From Owenia fusiformis (taxonomy: Eukaryota), in NCBI GenBank assembly GCA_903813345.2, contig CAIIXF020000001.1, positions 16,430,001 to 16,494,000 of the forward strand: a stretch of DNA of 64,000 bases, given 5' to 3'. The notes beneath the pieces were generated by a model. The model saw only the letters and a program-made list of their open reading frames with translations. It had not been told where the DNA came from and did not search any database. This document shows, one piece after another, positions 14,415 to 26,834 of the stretch. Position 1 is the stretch's first letter; each line of letters begins with the position of its first letter. Both the position numbers and the translations under genes were made by a program.

Positions 14415-14985
14415 AATAAATTAAGAAACGAATCTGGATGAGTCGTGTTAGATTAGAAGGAAGGAACCTCGCGAGTACCAAATGACCACAAGATCCCGAA
14501 GCAACAGTTACGATCGCGGTCCGTAACAATTAGCATCGCTGTGCAGGTAGCGATACGTAACAAGTTTGTGTCGCTGTGCGGATAATGAACGTAACAATTG
14601 GTGTCGCTGTGCAGGTAGCGATCCGTAACAATTGGTGGAGCTGCCGGGTAATAAAGGTAACAAGTTGAAGCTGTCGTAGATAAAAGAAAGAAAGGTTATG
14701 TAAGTATTAACTAAATGCATGAAAAAAGCATGTTTTCATCATACATCAACTAACATAAATTTTTCTCTAAAATGCCAAGCGAGAAGTTAGGTTTAAGACA
14801 GATAATTAATAGCTGTACAGTGGTTTGAGGAAAACGAGGTTCAGAATTTCGTTAAGAATTATGATAAATGATAATAGTAGAGTAGATCATAACGATAGTT
14901 ATTCAAGTCAAATGTGTTAGAACCAGGTCAGAACCCAGATTTACAAGGCTATTTATAGATTCATTAATAGTTAGACACGGTCATC

Positions 14986-15522
14986 TTGCAGAACTTCAAG
15001 AGAAAAATGAATAGGCTAGAGATTTTGATCCAAAATAGAAATGAGCTACAGAATAAATTTAGAATAAAAACATTTGATGGAAATGCTTTAAATCATCAAG
15101 GCCCTGTAAAATTGTTTAACAATGTTAATGGCGACTTACAGTGGCGGAACAATGAACAAATTAGAACAATTCAAATATATTTAAGTAGGAAAATGTGTAA
15201 TATACAAGCTCGATCACCTTCTAGGATTCAGAAATCAATTAAGACAGTTAAGATCGTGAAAGATATCAAACGTTTAGCATCGCATTTGCAGCTGGGGTGG
15301 AACAAACGCAAAATTTTAAACAAAAACGTTCTCCCAGAATTAAGAAAATTTGTTATTTCAAAGCAACCAAGTGATCTCGTTTTTGCCGAGTCAGCATTTT
15401 GGTTAGCTGAGTGTATAAGTCAAATACATTTAGAGTTGGAAAATAACAAAAGTGAGTTAGTTACTCAAAATTTCGATAAGACAAGTCAAGTTGACTCTTT
15501 AAGCGCCAAAAGCCGAGTCTAG
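14986..15522 (+). pseudogene. Gag (capsid)-like ORF of the LTR element
   Basis: It lies just after the PBS. Motifs IKTFDGN, IKRLASHLQL and VLPELRKFVISKQPSDLVFAESAFWLAE resemble the Ty3/Gypsy Gag consensus (GLxPxIRxxVxxxxPxTLxxAxxxA). Recognised by eye only. Confidence 0.6.
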
Positions 15523-15634
15523 AGATGCGAAGACTTAAGTTTCGTTCGAGAAAGAATGTTGACGACAATCCTCGCGAGAAATTTATAGTGGACTTTGAGA
15601 TTCAGGAAAGATTTATACTTAGAAAATGCTTTGA

Positions 15635-15725
15635 AAAGCAAAATTATTTGGTAATGTGGCAAAGTGTCTTGTTGACACAGGCGCTCAAAAAGTCTTTAAT
15701 TGACACAGAGTTTTTTTTAAGCCGT
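15635..15725 (+). pseudogene. Frameshifted retroviral-type aspartic protease remnant
   Basis: KAKLFGNVAKCLVDTGAQK (DTG at 15674-15682) continues as SLIDTEFFL after a 1-nt frameshift in the A-run at about 15687-15691. Confidence 0.7.
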
Positions 15726-18700
15726 ATGCCTATAGAATTATGATATTTAGGTCTATCCTGAATTTTAAATCAGAACAATAAGAACCGGAAATGAAAGGTT
15801 AAATTTAAAAGAAAAACGTTCACACAAATAACAATCAGACATATAGTATTCCGATGATGTTATTTGTCATATAAGGATTAAATAGGACAAAATGCAAATT
15901 GTCAATTTTTTTGAATAAATGTTACATGAAATCATGATTAACTTTAACATAAAAATTTTAATTGAGGCCATTCTAGAATTGTATTCTCATATTGATTCAA
16001 GAAACCTACATAAATCAAGACTAGCTGTTTATGCTAAAGTCAAAATAGACTTCACGAAAATCTCTCGAAGGGAAATGTTTAGCAATATATTCTCGATCCA
16101 GTAAATTTATGACCAGGAGTAGGTCTATAAGAAAAATTACAAATGAAAATTATCAAATGCAGTGTGCATACCTCTGCAAAAGAATATGATAATGTTAAGG
16201 TACATACGTGTCACTAGTTCCTAAGTTAACTCCTGAACGCAGGATCCAAGAGAATCATATGCATGGTAAACGCATGCCTTAATATTTTATGAGCTCTTTG
16301 CTTCAGGCAAGTTAGGTTATTGTGACCCGTCGAAAACCAAAAATAAAAACAAAACCTGTTACTGATACTGGTATAGTAAATTAATATCAGTTGTTAAAAG
16401 TTAATAACTACCTAACGTAGTTAATAAGATCAGTAAATCTAAAAAATATAGATTTGAAACGGTAATCCGCAATAAAGTATCAAGTAGACAAGTTTCTACC
16501 AAGAAATGATACATAATTAAAGTAAGATCACATATAAGAAAATTTGAGAGGAATCTAGAGAAATGATTCCATTCTTAAAGGTGAATAACTTAAGGTAACA
16601 CCACACTGGAAGAGAGTAGGTGAGAAGTTTATAAGATTTATGACTAAAATACTCATCATAGGTATAAAAGTCAATAAGTAGGAACGGTGGACTGACCCTT
16701 GCAAAACATGCAAGTCATTTAATGAAGCTGATTAAACCTTTATCAGAAGGATATCAAGTGGTCAATGTAATGTCCACACCTACGATTGCGTAAGCAATGT
16801 GAGATATGTTGTTATAAGTTAGAATAAGTTAGAAATATGAGATAAGTTAGAAACAGGAGAATGCCAAATAAAATATTACCTGAAGGTTATAATCTTGACA
16901 CAATCACTGTGATGATTGATGCAGAAGATAAACCTAGCAAATGTTTCAAATCTGTCTGTGAAAATTAAGATAACAGGTATAAAAGCTCCTGATTGTAATA
17001 ACAGGTATAAAGCTCCTGATTATAATTCACAATAAAATGAATTAAAACTAGAGGGTATAAGAGTTAGGAGAAGGGCATATGAAGATAATTGATCCTCAAC
17101 CATAGAGAAGTCGATGGAATAGATAAATAAAAGAAGATATAGTGTATACACATAAGAAATGAAGATGATTAATATAAAATGAGTATTATGTAATTAAGAG
17201 ATATAAAGAAATTAAGAGAGTTTAAAAGCTATTTAAAATGGGAGTCAAATAGAACCCCATAAGCTATATTTTGAATCTGATAGTGAAGTACATTAAAAGG
17301 AAAGATTCATTCCTGATTTAGTCTCACTTCAAAATGATTCTTAATGGTAGAATAAGATAATGAGAAATGCTATAGAAAGCAATTAAGCATTGACCAATGA
17401 AGAGTCAATGGAGAACATAAGTAATGAAGATGTCGAGTATAATAAAAGTAAATATGTATATGAGAGAGATGATGATTATGAAGTAGAGAAGAGTTATGAA
17501 GTACTAGTATTGTTTTAAGGAGGGTAAAAGTAGAACCCCATTATTTGCTAGAATAAAGCAAGTTATAAAATTCTTTATGGGAATCGGAAACAATCAATAA
17601 TTCCCCAATTATGTAGATAATTAAATCAGAAACCTGCTTTAATGACAGGAAAGTAAGTGTACGATCAGCTTACAAGTATTATATCGAATAGAGTTGTAAA
17701 AACGCATTAATTAAGTTGTTATTGTCCGGAAAGAATGATTTCTTAGGGTGGAAGATGGTGGTCAAATTTTCACAATATTTAAATTCACCATTTTGGAAAA
17801 GACAAACAGATTCTGTGTGATGACGTCATAATATAACAATGCTAACTTAACGCTCATATTTATGCAAAAAAAGTGTGGACAGGCAGAATTTCGTACCAAC
17901 AAGATATATATTTTGATCAATTATACATTAAATCGTTTGAAAGTTGAATTATTCTTTTTTGATTCCTGAAAGGCATATCATATTCTATGTTTTTATCAAA
18001 AAACTATATCATTTCGATTAAAATTCAGTCTGTAAGAAGTATAAATTGAAAGAAATATGAAGTGAAGCTATGTGAAAAATTCACAAAATTACGTTTCATT
18101 TTTTGAGTTCAAATATTTCTAATTGAGGGATAAACATTCAAAACTTTCCAATGTTTCAGCATGTTCTTTTAAATATACCCCTTACTACATACAATTAATT
18201 TCATTTAATTTGAACCAGTATATATTGAGATAGACATTATTTTATCACCGCAATTCCAAGTGAAGCCTTTACAAAATAAGACGTTACGCCGTTAGCGTAT
18301 TATATGTTCTCCTTTATTATTCATTGCTTTAAATAAATAAAACTAAATATTCGAGTCAAAATAAATTACAAATAATGCATTTAACAATCCTTAATATCTT
18401 CCCGTCTGTGTATATCAGTTGAATATGACAAGGGGCACTGTGAAAGAGTCCAGAAAGACGGTGCGACAACGAGAGCGCAGGGCCGAAAAGCGCGACAAGG
18501 AAGAAAACGAGTAGGGTTTGAAATGTCTACTTTCTGGTGATTCTAATTCTGTATATCGTAACACAACCTTTTTGAATATAGAATTGTATTGAAGCGCACA
18601 TTAATCTGAACAAAACTTGAAGTTTTTAAGAAGATTCCACGAATATTAAAACGTTTGCAATTACTTGGAGAAGCATTGCGCATATTTATCGCGTAAATCT

Positions 18701-21700
18701 TTGCATTTTGTCGGTAAAATGAACAATTACACTGTTACGCCGTGATGTACAGTATCTGACGTCGTATCTTTGGCGATTGAACAAGTTGACAATTCCATAG
18801 TCGGATTACATTTCGGCTAATATTCCAAAGAAAGCGCTAACTAGAGTCAAAATGAATTATCAGTGCAATTTAGATATTTCAAAATTCTGAAAAATTCAAT
18901 TATCATGAGGAAATAAATCTACGCAAGAATTATGAAAATATCCAATAATCAATTATTGATAAAAGCGGCAATGAGTGATAATTAGGTCATACGCTGTAAG
19001 ATCATGAGAAATCGTGGCTTTCTATTAGCCTCACACTAGTATGTATTTCTGTTGAAGACAGAAAAATGTGATGAGTATCAGAATGCTGTAAGCACAAACT
19101 GCCAAAACATATACCTTATTGTAGGTATTGAAAAATAAATCAGAACTTTGATTGTTCTCTGATGATCAAAGACAATTATATATACCAGAGTGAACCTATT
19201 ATATGATAGATTTAATGAAAATTAAACATAACTAATTACTAAAATGAATTGTTAATGCGGCTAAGGTTGAATTAAATTTGGAAGAGTCTTTGTCGTGAAA
19301 ATCACCGGTCACTTTGATACTACTAGAAAAATCTTTGGGAAAATGGCAAAGATGTTAAACGGTTTACATATGACTTGAAGTGGATCAGTTGAGTTTCGGA
19401 AAGAAAAGAGCTGTTTTGGGATAAATATGACCGATGTGTTGATTTGTGTTTCTTTTGCTCCAGTTGCGATTGCGATTGTCATAAATATTAACTGGATGAC
19501 AATAATAAAATATATATATATATATATTGAGTTTTATTGACGATGGAGAGCATAATTAGACTAGAAGGTCGTCACGTGACAATAAGTTCCATGTGAATAC
19601 AACTATAAGTCGTGATTAAGAATTTGTAAAACATTAGGTCACCCAAATTAGGTCAAACGTTATATTGACCATGATGACATTTTATATACTTGTAACGACG
19701 ATAAAAGTTTGCGTTAAAAGAATAGCGTGCTATTTGTGAAAAACTAAGTGTGTTATAAGAATATAAATTGCATGTTAAACCTTGAAATGCATGAGGAATA
19801 AAAGGGGAATTTATTAAAATTGCTATATACATCATACTTCACACTAACGCTTTTAACAGACCAGCAGTTTCTAGAAGGCCTGAGAATAAATAGTTGTCCT
19901 TCGGACAATGAAAAGGCCTAGAGCGAAGAAGAGGTCGAAACATCATACGCTATCATCTCAAGAATCCCCTTTTTGATCAATTTAACACCAGATGTAAATA
20001 ATTAACTGATCTAATACATAATCACATATAACCAACTATATATATATATTCAAAGCATGTTTTACTAATTCAGTGCATGAGTAATAAATGCACTAAACAC
20101 ACTTAGTGTGTGCGCATGATAACTACTATGAAATATAACGTGTGTATCATCATAACGTATAATCCAGGTGTACATAATTAATTGATCAAATAGTTTATTA
20201 ACCGATATTACCTCAGTGTCTTTAACTGAAGTGAGTTGTAAATAATACTAACATTAATTTATTAATCACATATTTATCATCAAGCATGAACAACATCTTA
20301 TTGGAAGATGTTTTAACTGCATGAGATACGATTAACTGCCTCGTGAGAAGTACCTTATTGGAAGGTGCGGTTTGGCAGAATTTAAGTAGAAGTCATATAG
20401 ATGGCGAAGTTCATTGAATATGAGATGTTAGGCATAGAGATAAGTTAAGATAAGTTTAGTTAAGTATCGTCATTGCATGCACTCATATACATACTATTCA
20501 TCTATTAATCACATTTACTCACCATATTTAACCATTATAACCCATAATATATTAATCACTAATAAAATAACAAAAAGAAGAAGATGACGAGATGACTTCA
20601 GAGGCGAATAGCTCCAACAATGATGAACAAGAGAATCACCAGGTGCCATCTATCCATGAGTTACACAACATATGTACGTTGAATGCGGATTATAAGTGAT
20701 ATCGATAGCAAATATGGACGCTGAAGGTGAACTCAGAAGATACAGTGATATGAAGAGAATGGATAGACATTAAATGCATATCCATCTACCACTACAATTC
20801 ATAAACGCTTATAGTGATATGAAGACAGACACGAAGTGTGCTGATTAACAGTTAATTAAACTATGAACTCTGGAGCATGAAAGTAATCCTGGTCTTTCAC
20901 CACATTCATTGGAACCAGGAACCACGTCAACCTAATGGGTTGTTGCGCGGCCGGAATGTGGTATATCATCTTAAAAATATAAAGTAAAAATAAAATAAAT
21001 AAATAAATAAATAACCTATATTGTAAAGTAAATTAACCAGGTATGGTTAATTTCTAAAGAAGGGGAGATTGTTATGATTCGGTCAGTACGTAATTATATT
21101 TAATTATATATAATTACTTTATTATTTATTTATTATTTATATCCAATATAAAATACAATTTATATTCAGCATATTCCAACCTTGTAAAGATCTTGCTGTA
21201 TTCTTATGATTAATGACTATTTAGACCTTTGCTTTAGTACAGGGGAATCCCTACGCTACTATATTCAGCCAAAATAAAGATATATCAGAAGAATTCTGAC
21301 AAGTTGTTACTTTCAACAACCAATCACGACTCGGAATTATGATTTGAATCTTGCTTACATAAGCATGATATCAGCAATATTCTTACTTACATTTGCACAA
21401 TTTTGACAGGTAAAATAATGTATTTTACCTGGTATATAAAGAAGTCGGCAAGATCTGTTGATTCAGTAACTTTCAGTAACTTTTACTCGATAACAACAAC
21501 ATCAAGAATGAAGTAAGTTTTACTCACTCACAACGATGCTCAACAACTAATGAAAGGAGGAACAATAGCAAGCCTACTGAAGTTCTGCTGACCGAATCAA
21601 TAATGGAGATCGACGATCAAGAAATTAAAATAAATTAAGAAACGAATCTGGATGAGTCGTGTTAGATAAGAAGGAAGGAACCTCGCGAGTACCAAATGAC

Positions 21701-22791
21701 CTCAAGATCCCGAAGCAACAGTTACGATCGCGGTCCGTAACAATTAGCATCGCTGTGCGGGTAGCGATACGTAACAAGTGGTGTCGCTGTGTGGATAATG
21801 AACGTAACAATTGGTGTCGCTGTGCGGGTAGCGATCCGTCACATATTGTTATTTAAGAATGCACACTTGACACTTTGCAAGTGTGTCACAAAAGAGGATT
21901 GACAGTGTTTGATAGTTTTCAAAGTTTCCATCATTTAAAAACAATATACAAATGTACACGTACGCTTCTCTTGTGCATTCTTTGGAATAAAACAATTTAT
22001 CAATTTCTGTATCTATTCTTACTACACTGTGGCTAGTCGATCTATGTGGATGCAGTCATTTATATGCAATGTATCGTGGGTGCTCGCCTCTGTACATTTC
22101 AGTGGAAGAATTTTGCACTTCTGTTTAAATAATCTATATTTACTCATCTGTGTATATCATACTTCATTGATTTACAAAACCAAAGCTACGCTATAAACAC
22201 ACATTCTCTGATATTTTTATGGAGAATAGATAACTCAAACGAGTTCACTCGACCAGTTTTATTATCTCGCTCATAGCTGTGGGAAGGTATGTATAATTTG
22301 CCATAGATTTACCTTATAATGAGGAATAAAAAATTTCAAGTAATATAATTAGTTCACGTACACAAATATGTCTGTGTGAAGTAAAACACAAATACAATGC
22401 GTTTCATAATATTTTGGGGGTTATGGTATGAAATATCAGCTTTAAAAAGCAGTTTTATTATGTATCATGTGGATTAGTAGACGTTCTTAATGGATTCAAT
22501 GAACAGGCTGGCTAGGTTTTAATTGAATCATTTTGAATGTGTGTATTTTTAATATTTTAATCCACAGTGTCCAAAAACAATAATAATGCTATATTGGTAA
22601 TTGGAAAGATTCCACTTACCACGATTTCAAAAAATGGAAATAGATAATATTATTCTTGAATTTGGGTCATTTGTTTCAAGGAATCTGTAGGCTCGTTAAG
22701 CTGAGCTGACAAAATCATCAAGATTTACGGATGGTCCATCTGTTGGCTGCTCATTGTCACTTTTCATGAATGTTAATGGCTATGAAACTTG

Positions 22792-24083
22792 TAGCCTTGC
22801 CCAAGTCGGTATTTATTTACTTATTCAATCTTGAATTATTATCACCTTGTACAATCCAATGCATCATCGCTGATATTATGCTTATTCAGCGGTTCCGAGA
22901 TTCCCATAATACCTACGCTACCTAAGGGTATCGCGAAACCTTATTGATTGACAATATCGCATGGACACAACGTGTGACTTCAGGCTGATTGACCAATCAA
23001 AACGCTATCTGATAAGATCGAGTGTTTCTTGAGGGTTACAATATATTATGTTATTAAATGTAAATTTTAATCTAAGCAGTCATTAATACTCATATAAATG
23101 AAATCATGCAATTCAATGTTGATTCAAAATCAAAACTGAATTTGCGATGGGAATGCACGAAGACCTTGTCCGGCGATGTAGGGCCATCGTTGATTGGTCA
23201 AAGGACGTTATACACCCGCCATTGGGATCTCCCCATGGGAAAAAAATAATTCATCTAATTTTTCAAAATGAGTATTCTGCTTCAATTATTACATTTATAT
23301 GCACACTAGTATCTTGTTGACCTATATTCAGCACTGTATTGATGTATAGGCCACTTATTAGGGTCATAATTCAATCATGAAGTGTAGAGGTATAGATTCC
23401 AAACCAGGAAGTATTTTTGTGTCTGTCAAAATCCATTTACATCCTACGCATCCCTGCATCTTATCCAAATATGTTACTACATAATTAAATATAATAATAT
23501 GATCTTTGGTTTTACAAACTTGTATGATATTTGATAAGTGTAAAAGTTGTTTTTGGAGCATTTTTCTATAGCCATTTTGTAGGAAAAAAAATGATGAAAA
23601 AATGTACAATCTTTTAATTTTAAGTATGACCTGAATCGATTGCAAACTTCATATTTGCACATTTGATTAGATAAACCATTTGTGTCGTATTGTGAAATTA
23701 TTAAGTTTGCAATCGATTCAGGTCATAGTGTATTTTTAGTATTTCTGTGATAATCAATTGAAACCAATGGCCTCTATTGGGATCTGCTGATATCCTCATG
23801 TTAAGTCAATGGTGCACATCCCCATGTAAGTCAATACAACCTTACTGAACGAAATGATCCCTATCTCAGCTTATGTGTGTCCGAGCACTTTAATATTTTC
23901 CAACTTTTTTTCTTCATGTTACACCTACGAATGATTCATTTTGACCATAGGGATATTTGCCAATAATTGCACATTGTCCTTTTACCGACAAATGATTGGG
24001 TAGATAAAGCACGTGGCTTTCTCTTGGGTACAAGGCGGTCATAATATAAATCAAGATAAGTAAAAGAGACTTGGGCAAGGCTA
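22792..24083. mobile_element. Non-autonomous TIR DNA transposon (TAG...CTA, 9-bp TSD), copy 1, interrupted by a nested Spy-like element
   Basis: TIR TAGCCTTGCCCAAGTC...GACTTGGGCAAGGCTA. TSD TGAAACTTG at 22783-22791 and 24084-24092. Homologous, in inverted orientation, to 42917-43754. Confidence 0.9.
23203..23979 (+). mobile_element. Spy-like non-autonomous DNA transposon (GGAC...GTCC between AAA and TTT), copy 1
   Basis: Flanks read AAA|GGAC...GTCC|TTT. It is highly similar to 61740-62529, has an internal inverted repeat at about 23621-23730, and the empty site is visible in the host element's other copy. Confidence 0.85.
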
Positions 24084-24615
24084 TGAAACTTGATTTGTGG
24101 GTATTCCATTGGGTTGATGGTTCTTTTGCTCTGAATTCACTTCATTGGCGTACCTAATTTCAACATTTTCATTGTCATCATTACATGTTATAGACCCGTT
24201 TTTCAAATTAACAGTATTAGGGATAAAACCATAGTTTTTTCATTTGTAATTGCCTTTTCCAGTTGATGGGTTTATATATAGTATTTTCAATTCTTCGTGG
24301 GGGTGTCTTGTAATGGTGTGGCTGATTACTTTACTGAATGAGGAATGTTTATCCAAACAATGAATAATCTGGCCAGTTATCCATCAGTAAATAAATCATC
24401 ATGATAAAAGTATAATTTATTATAGCATCCATAATTTGTTACCGTTCTGAATCCAAATGATACATAGTGGCATCCATTTTATACATATATGTTGACGTTT
24501 ACGAAATGTTTTTCAAATATCTTCCCTATAACAGGAATATGGTAGCTGAAACTTTCACACATTGTGATACTATGTATATTGAATATGTTTGCAAGATTCC
24601 AAGTCACAATGTTAA

Positions 24616-25371
24616 GGTCTCATGGAAGTTAACAGGAAGTGACAAAACAAAAAATGACAAAGCCATGCTGGATTTTGAAAATTTTTTGAACCAAGATAAC
24701 AGAGTTCTGTTTGGACCTCCAGTCAGTTTAACTAGTTCCACATATCATTTACATGACCAGGAACACAGTTGAAATGGTCAGAATGACCACAAACATGATA
24801 GAATATCCTTTTCAGCCCTCTGAAAATGTGACTAAAAAATAGCTAAGAGTAGGTGCTCAGGAAAGGTCACTGAACAGGATCTTTTGACTTTTTCAGAAAA
24901 TGTGCCCAATATATTGCTCTAAATGATACAATTAAAAAAAATTTATATCATTCTTAGAAAAAGAAAACATTGAAAAAAACTGAATTGAAAATCGATCTAT
25001 TTTCCTTTTTACTACAGCCATTATTGTTTCAGGCGATTTTTTTAAATTTCAAAGATTGTGTCATTTAGAGCAATATATTGGACACATATTCTGAAAAAAT
25101 CAAAAGATTCTGTTCATTGACCTTTCCTGAGCACCTACTTTTAGCTATTTTTCAGTCACATTTTCAGAGGGCTAAAAAGGTTATTTTATCATGTTTATGG
25201 TCATTCTGACCCTTTCAATTGTGTTCCTGGTCATGTAAATGATATTTGGAACTAGATAAACTGACTGGAGGTCCAAACAGAACTCTGTTATCTTGGTTCA
25301 AAAAATTTTCAAAATCCAGCATGGCTTTGTCATTTTTTGTTTTGTCATTTCCTGTTAACTTCCATGAGACC
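24616..25371. mobile_element. Palindromic TTAA-flanked MITE (Kolobok-type termini GG...CC)
   Basis: TTAA-GGTCTCATGGAAGTTAACAGG...CCTGTTAACTTCCATGAGACC-TTAA, with inverted arms of about 315 bp. Confidence 0.85.
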
Positions 25372-25414
25372 TTAAGTAGAAACTCTGAGATCACTTACCT
25401 CGATTTGCTGTCAT

Positions 25415-25914
25415 NNNNNNNNNNNNNNNNNNNNNNNNNNNNNNNNNNNNNNNNNNNNNNNNNNNNNNNNNNNNNNNNNNNNNNNNNNNNNNNNNNNNNN
25501 NNNNNNNNNNNNNNNNNNNNNNNNNNNNNNNNNNNNNNNNNNNNNNNNNNNNNNNNNNNNNNNNNNNNNNNNNNNNNNNNNNNNNNNNNNNNNNNNNNNN
25601 NNNNNNNNNNNNNNNNNNNNNNNNNNNNNNNNNNNNNNNNNNNNNNNNNNNNNNNNNNNNNNNNNNNNNNNNNNNNNNNNNNNNNNNNNNNNNNNNNNNN
25701 NNNNNNNNNNNNNNNNNNNNNNNNNNNNNNNNNNNNNNNNNNNNNNNNNNNNNNNNNNNNNNNNNNNNNNNNNNNNNNNNNNNNNNNNNNNNNNNNNNNN
25801 NNNNNNNNNNNNNNNNNNNNNNNNNNNNNNNNNNNNNNNNNNNNNNNNNNNNNNNNNNNNNNNNNNNNNNNNNNNNNNNNNNNNNNNNNNNNNNNNNNNN
25901 NNNNNNNNNNNNNN
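25415..25914. other. Assembly gap (500 N)
   Basis: Run of N. Confidence 1.
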
Positions 25915-26834
25915 TTCATTTGATGTACCATAAAGTCACGTCTCTCCTCTTTGCAATGATATATCATTCATTCACATGTGGTAATGGTTGGGTGAGAAAT
26001 CCTTCCATTTGCACAGTGGGTCAAAATCAACTCTGGGCCAAGTTTTAGATATTGCAAAAATCAGTGCAAGGGCTAAGTGCCAATGGAAGTTCCCCTGACT
26101 TCAATCGTTGTGGCTTTTTCTTTTGGAGCTATCTCAGGAGCATCTGTGCTCACAATTCCTCCACCAGATATTGCAAAACCTCGAGAAAGAATTGCCTATG
26201 GGCTGCTTTTCTCTGCTTTAACCCACAGGTGACTTAGCGCTGAACCATGCATGACGTGGACAGATGAGCGCATCTTTATGTGCAAGGAAGTAGTGGCAAT
26301 TTCGATGGGTATAGGATGTATTCTTGCAAGAGTATGAGTATGAACACTTAACTGTCTATGCTACACCTGTCACACCTTCTCCCAATAGCACCTATGCCCC
26401 TTGTACTGACTTTTGCAATGTTTAAAACTTGGGTCCGAGCTGAATTTTGCCCCACTTTGCAAAATTAATGATTATTCGGCCAGAGATGACTCTCTGTGAA
26501 TGAATGATATTCCATTGCAAAGAGGAGTAATTTGGTTTTTGGTACATTGAATGGAAAGGATGGAGTCAGCATTGGTTTTATGTTTTCTTCCAATTTTGCA
26601 TCGGGCTCCGTACACTTACTATTGCGATGTTTATAACTTGGTCAAAAGCTAATTTGGCCTACTTGGCAAATGGAATGATTACTCGCCCAATCATGACCAA
26701 ATATCAATGAATGATATATCATTGTAAAGAGGAGACACATGGCTTTATGGTGCATTGAATTAAATCAATGCTGTTATCACTGGTTTTGTGCTTTTCCGAG
26801 ATAACAATCTGTTGCGTTTTTTTTATACGCACTG
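25915..26834 (+). mobile_element. Degenerate Tc1/mariner-superfamily element with repeated subterminal blocks (left end in gap)
   Basis: A transposase C-terminal relic SSPDFNRCGFFFWSYLR (cf. SPDLNPxDFFLWGYLK) is at about 26088-26140. 25915-26075 is inverted relative to about 26395-26555, with a further diverged copy at about 26630-26790. The right end reads ...TATACGCACTG-TA. Confidence 0.65.

Larger units (their letters stand above)
14415..21843 (+). mobile_element. Ty3/Gypsy-like LTR retrotransposon, apparently non-autonomous; most of the 5' LTR lies in the gap
   Basis: The 3' LTR is 21070-21843 (TGTTA...TCACA, 774 bp). It is preceded by a polypurine tract AAAGAAGGGGAGA (21056-21068) and contains TATATAAA (21433) and AATAAA (21629). 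Its last ~216 bp are repeated at 14415-14630 (ending TAACA) with about 8 differences. A PBS TGGTGGAGCTGCCGGG at 14633 resembles the complement of a tRNA-Ala 3' end. Gag-like and protease remnants lie inside. Confidence 0.9.

Noticed and set aside
13876-14529. Long ORFs spanning the first gap (and 25246-25967 at the second gap)
   Set aside because: Artefacts of translating N runs.
15848-15870. YSDDVIC as a reverse transcriptase YxDD motif
   Set aside because: It is only about 60 codons after the protease DTG, is preceded by a stop, and has no other RT motifs nearby.
19300-19500. Integrase zinc-finger-like (GHF...FW...CSSC) or env-like hydrophobic stretch
   Set aside because: The motifs are in different frames with wrong spacing and stops. 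This cannot be supported without an HMM search.
22103-22287. Exon-like segment ending TSFIISLIAVGR (GPCR TM3-like)
   Set aside because: All three frames contain stops, and the resemblance is too short to call.
23364-23662. Duplicated ORFs also seen at 61799-62199
   Set aside because: They lie within two copies of a non-autonomous element, differ by a frameshift, and show no recognisable domain.
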